From Eledone cirrhosa (taxonomy: Eukaryota), in contig OZ024741.1 of NCBI GenBank assembly GCA_964016885.1, forward strand, positions 96,100,001 to 96,164,000: a stretch of DNA of 64,000 nucleotides, read 5' to 3'. This document shows positions 58,131-64,000 of the stretch, in pieces (within the stretch, counting starts at the first letter, position 1; every line of letters starts with the position of its first letter). Below the pieces are notes generated by a model. The model did not search any database. It was not told the origin of the DNA and saw only the letters and a program-made list of their open reading frames with translations. The position numbers and the translations under genes are program-made.

Positions 58131-58486
58131 ATTGAATTGAGAGGAAATTCTCAGGCTAAGAGCAATTACATATTTGTCACCTGTCTGCTTCTGGTTGGCA
58201 TGGTGTACAGAGCTGAATAAATATGATGAGTATTCTTGTACTTGAAGGGGAGCTTCTTGATCAACCAATCATGGCCAAATGATCAGTTGGCACGGGCGTT
58301 TTATGAAACACTTCAACAGCAATATCTTGATCATATAAAGTTGAACAGTAGTATATAGGTCTACTTTTTTTAAATAAGATTGGGTTTTGCTGTTCAAGTA
58401 TAATTCATAACTATTAGATAACCAGTAGTGGTGCTAGACATAATTTGTTGAAGTTTTAGTATGTTACACTACGTTCATTAATATTT

Positions 58487-58677
58487 AATAACTGTTTCTA
58501 CTTTTTGGCACAAGGCCAGCAATTATTCCAGTGCATTACTGGTACTTTATTTTATCGACCCCGTAAGGATGAAAGGCAAAGTTAACCTCGGCGGGATTTG
58601 AACTCAGATCATAAAGGGAGGTAACTCTATGCTTCAAAGCATGGCGTCCGACCCTTACCGATACTGCCAATCCACCG
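58487..58677 (-). mobile_element. tRNA-derived SINE, main family
   Basis: Homologous to 14953-15143. Confidence 0.8.
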
Positions 58678-59232
58678 AACGTTTGTTAATTACAAACACC
58701 CAAATCGTTACTTTAGTACTCTGATTTTCTTTCAGTTCAGCGTAAAAATGTTGCTTCATTACATATAGACATTCACTGGCTGCATTTGTCTCCAGCTTAA
58801 AGGTTTAGCGTATATTTATACGAGAGAACATTTGAGATTTTTATCTCTCTTCATTACAAATGTATTCATACCTTCACACACAATAGCTGTGAAGAAAGAT
58901 CGACACTGTATTTTTTAAGCATATATGTTTGCCACGAAACTTAAGGTTGTTGAAAAGGTTTTTAACCTATATCTATAGATACGTTATATATTCAGTCATT
59001 AGATCTCGGCCAAGCTGGAGCACTACCTTCAGGGAATCTAATCTTTTATTTCGACCCCAGTGCATATTGTTTCACGTCTTATACGTATTTTATCCATTCT
59101 AGGTTTATTGATTGATGAATATGTATATTATATATGTATGTATACATAAATATATCATTTTCTTTGAAATTTACACTCAGTTATTTCTCGTCTTTGGTTA
59201 GCTATTATTTTACTTAATGTCATGTTTTATAA

Positions 59233-59388
59233 ATAATTGTTTCTACTTTTGGCACGAGGCCAGCAATTACCCAGTGCATTACTGGTACTTTATTTTATCG
59301 ACCCCGTAAGGATGAAAGGTAAAGTTAACCTAGGCGGGATTTGAACTCAGGCCATAAAGGACCGTAACTCTATGCTGCAAAGCATGGG
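59233..59388 (-). mobile_element. tRNA-derived SINE, main family
   Basis: Homologous to 14953-15143. Confidence 0.8.
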
Positions 59389-61208
59389 GATCTCTAATAT
59401 ATAGGCACCACATGTTAGATTTATATGTAAAACTCGTATAATTGTAATATATTGGAGCTTAGAGTCAATATCTTCCCGTAGTTTATCTATTACTTGTATA
59501 TCACTTTGAAGCACTACATACAGGAGGTTTAGAGCCTCGAAAATACCAGCTAGTTTAACACACGTTCATTGTTATTTCTGCATTTCCTGAAGTACAATTG
59601 ATAATAAAAGTAAGTGATATTTTGGGACGTCACTTTACGTTATGACTTCAAATTTGGCAAGGGTATTCCTTTGCCTTCCATCCCTGCGGTTGACTTCCTC
59701 GATACTAGCCAATGCAGGATTAACCATTAAGCAAAATAAGCATGGACTTGATCTTTGCTCTTTGAACTCTGCTGCTGGTGATCGAACTTTGTTGAGAGAG
59801 ATATCACATGTTGATGCACAGTCTGCAACTGGCGGAGTTTAGCGTCACAAGAAGAAGAAAATAAGCATATGCTTAGGAAAGAGGGGTAATCATTTTATTG
59901 AAATTACTTATATTTGTCATTCTCCTAAAATTTGTTTTCAGAATTTATATACATATGGGAGGAGCACCACAATATTTTATCGGCTCAAGGCCTCGAATGG
60001 ACTTAATACGGGCTTGAAGGAAGGGCTGCACATATGAATAGAAGAAGAAGAAGAAGAAGAAGAAGAAGAAGAAGAAGAAGAAGAAGAAGAAGAAGAAGAA
60101 GAAGAAGAAGAAGAAGAAGAAGAAGAAGAAATAACATGGCTGCACCTTGAGCATTTTTCATCATAGATTTGTTGAGAAGAAAACTGACCTAGGGCTAACA
60201 TTACAAGAAGAACAGACTTGAACTTGTATTCACATTATGGTCTGAATTCTTTACCTAGAAGCCTCGTTATGTTACCTTCCGTAATTTCCTCCTTACCAAC
60301 AAATACTATTCCTATACTAAATTGCTTAACTCGTTCTTTACTTTATTTCTTTTGGCTAAATCCTTGATTTCTTCGGTAAACAGTGGATTTCATTCGCCTG
60401 TATCACTTAAAACGTGACTCACACATTTATAAGTCCGGCCTTATGTACAAAGTGTATCAATAGGTTTATAAAGTTCTTCGATTTTTCATCAAATCGATAT
60501 AGCAATTGCTTAGTCACACATTTAACATTGAGGTATTTGTTAGATTTTGAATTGCTACACTCCACCACACACATGCACACTCACACACACACACATATAT
60601 ATATATATTTATAGGCACACAAACACAATCACACTCTAAGACCTATATATATATATATATATATAATATGCTTTCTTTTCCATTTGTTTGTATGAGAAAA
60701 TTAAATATCAACAGTTACATATCCTGTTACATTGAGTCCCCAATAAGATACCTGAAACTTGTGGTGGAGGTGTTGTCTCTCGACAATTAATTTGTATCTT
60801 CTTCCTCTCCTCCTTCACTTTCCTCTCCCCCTCTTCTTCTTTCTCCTCCTCCGACCTCTCATCATCTTTCTTTCTTTACTCGTTCCTTCTGTTCCCCCAA
60901 CTCCTACACTTTCACCTCTTCATCCACTTGTTTCTCTCTTACCTCCCAATCTCAATCACCGCCCCTTGTTCACGTCTCCTACAGCCATACCATCCTCTTT
61001 CATGCTCCCATACTCTACAAATTCTACACAACCCCTGCACTCAGATACCCTCCCATCTCCAAATCACCACACCACCACCACCACCAACAACAATAACACC
61101 ACCACTATCAACAATAACAGTACCACCACCACCACCACCACCAACAACAACAACAATAACACCACCACTATCAACAACAACAGTACCACCACCACCACCA
61201 CCACCACC

Positions 61209-61240
<32 letters not shown>

Positions 61241-63247
61241 CCACGCTACCACCAACATTCCCAAATACATCAGAATCGGTTGCTCGACCGCAAGAAATAG
61301 CAGCGAAATCTTCCTCAAATACTACTCTACCGCCTTTAAATGTTTAAAAATACAGGTATGCTCTAACCGAGTCGACTTTGTCCGCCTCCTCTCTTTAAGT
61401 ATTTACCAATCCAGCTTTATTTTCCAGGCGTAGTATGCCTAGGGCTACAATTTTCAATGTGCCCTTTCGTCGGGCTGGGATTTGAGGAACATTCGGCTAT
61501 AAATTCTAGCAGATCCTGTGACCACGCAGAGGTTTCCTCGTTATTAGTTCTAATGTTCTTGTTCTTATTATTATTGTCCTTAGTGGTGGATGTCGTTGTT
61601 GTTGTTGGTTGTAGATATGGCTGTGGTGGTGGTGGTGACGGGGGTTATAACAGTGGCTCCTGTTTAGCTCCATGCCAGCACTGGTCGAGCTGACATATAA
61701 TCAAACCTAACTGTGATACCTTCATCTTTTTCCTATGTGCAGAGAAGTAAAAACTCAGGTGTCAGGACCGCTTGAAGAGGCACTAACCAATGAATATATT
61801 ACGGTACCCCCGTATATGGAAAAAAAGAAATCCCACATATTGTACAGAAAATATATTTACGGGGCCCATTGCTTTATATTTAATCAAATGTTGCTGGAAT
61901 TACACTGCCCAACGTGTCCTTTCTTAAATACTGTATGTTAGGCTATGGGGGAGAATGGATGCTATTTCTAGCAGGTAGAACGACCAGGTTAAGGCTGGTG
62001 GTTGGGGTAGTGGTAACTGCAAGTGATAGTTGTAGTTATAGACGATAGTGATGATGGTGGTGGTGCTGATTGTAGTAAATGGCCATAGTAGTGATAGTGG
62101 TGGTACAGATTTTGATAGTTTTAGAGTTGTTGTTGATGTTGGTGGCCTTAGGTGAAGGTGGTGGGGTGGTAATGATGGTAATGATGCATGTAGGGATTGT
62201 AGGCGTGATGAAGATGGTGGTGGTGATGCTGGTGGTGGTGATATTTGATTGCCATGTTGTTGTAGTGATAGTGGTTGTAGCGATGTTGATATTATTAGTG
62301 AAGCTAGTGTAGTGGCCGTATTTGCAGTAATGATGATGGTGACGATTGTGTTCGGGCGTGAGTAAATTAAATAACGTGTAATGCAAGACAGATGGTAAAC
62401 AGAGTTAATAGTTACTGGTGTCAAGTAGTGTTGGAATGTTTGTGGTAACAATCAAGACGAGAAGACTGCAGGGGCCAACTGAAGATATGGATTTCATCAG
62501 TTGGCGTTCGGCTTGTCAGGCTAGCTGGCTAGTTGGCTGGCTGGCTGGTTGGTGGAATGGTGGATGTCAAGTTTGCTGGTTGTATATCTGGCTGTCTGGC
62601 TGGCTATAGTGCTGTTATATATATATATCCAAACTTCATGAATCTACCATCACCCCACAGACATTTCTTTCTTTCTTTCTTTCTTTTTTCTTTCTTTCTT
62701 CCTTTCTTTCTTTTTTTCTTTCTTTCCACATTACGTTCTAACTTCAAATCCTGCCGAGACGAACTTTGCCTTTCATCCTTCCGGGGTCGATAGAATAAAG
62801 TACCAGTTAAGTTTGCTAAAATAATCAAATTAATTTAATTCAACAGTTAAACACAAATAGGAATAATAAGGTTGTTAACCAAAGGGCCAGAAGATTGACA
62901 AATCGTCCCCAAATATTACTAATAGCTCTAGGAAACGACACCACATCTTTTTAACTTTGATTTTGAAAGTAGGTTTATAATTATCAATTTTTATTATTCT
63001 TTTGTAGTTGTCTTGGTGGCTTAGTTGCATGAATCATAAACGGTGGTGATCTTGGTCTGATGTTCGATCCTAATCGGGAATAGGGTTACCCGTAAACCTT
63101 TTCAGTTTTTTTTCTATTGGTTGTAAAATAAAACCTGAAAGAGGTTACATGTACCTCTTGACCAGGATTGAAGCAAAGGTCAGGATCTCCACCGTCTCTA
63201 GACTATATTTTAACCTGTAATCCATGTTTCATTTCTGTTGCACCCCC

Positions 63248-63317
<70 letters not shown>

Positions 63318-63438
63318 TTATATATGTATATATATCTTTCTCTTTCTCTCTGTGATATTCAAATATACTCTGATTTGGGCTTACCTTATTCCTATATATA
63401 TGTTTTTGCATTTCAGATTCAAACTTACAATGATTGGC

Positions 63439-63495
<57 letters not shown>

Positions 63496-64000
63496 ATAAT
63501 ATTAATAAATTATCTTTATAAAACCCTATTTATTTTATTATATATATTTCAAGGGTACCAAAATGTTGGTACGCTCTCATCAGATAAAATACAAAAGTTG
63601 TTTTACAGATAGTGACATATTAAAAACTAGAACTTAACGTTTTGAGTTCTGTTTGAATAGTGAAGAAGAACTTCAAATCATAGGATGAATATGCTAATGA
63701 GGATAACGTTAAAATTGAAAAAGATGGTTATGTTTAGACGCTAGATTTATTTAAATAATTGTTAGGATTATTTTTTAAAGGAAAAGGAAATAGAGGTTAT
63801 TATTAGGGAGGAAGGAAATTTAAGGAAAGATTTTAAGAAAAAAAAAAATTAAAGTTAATAATAGACTATTAATATGAATATATGTATATAATTGTGTGGA
63901 GCATTATTTTTATTTATTTTATTATTTAATTATATATTTTGGGAGTATTTATAATATAATGTGTGATTTATAAATGTGTTAAAGTGAGAGAATATTAATT

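Noticed and set aside
59640-59850. GC-richer segment as a possible exon
   Set aside because: No recognisable protein similarity in the frames read; RNA-seq would be needed.
60759-62451. Pro/Thr/Asn-rich ORFs
   Set aside because: They derive from (CAC)n/(CAA)n/(GGT)n degenerate trinucleotide repeats.

Overview
Eukaryotic, AT-rich, microsatellite-dense DNA with no recognisable host gene. The SINE types and the (TA)n/(CA)n/(TACA)n density suggest an invertebrate, possibly a cephalopod (inference only). Penelope-like retroelements (PLEs; RT plus C-terminal GIY-YIG) from about five families dominate the window. It also holds relics of L1/Tx1, RTE, mariner, pogo and Ginger2-like elements, several MITEs and more than 10 tRNA-derived SINE copies. 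The most striking pattern repeats about 10 times at scales from 0.1 to 5.6 kb. PLE and PLE-like insertions sit in (TA)n tracts as inverted pairs of overlapping arms pointing away from each other. One arm usually ends at the family's full 3' end and the other ends early, often at an internal TAT(A) microhomology. Most of these elements carry minimal hammerhead ribozyme (HHR) motifs, some with unusual cores. One junction contains an exact 63-bp copy of DNA lying 1.3 kb away. All assignments come from reading the sequence; no searches or folding programs were run, and boundaries are approximate.
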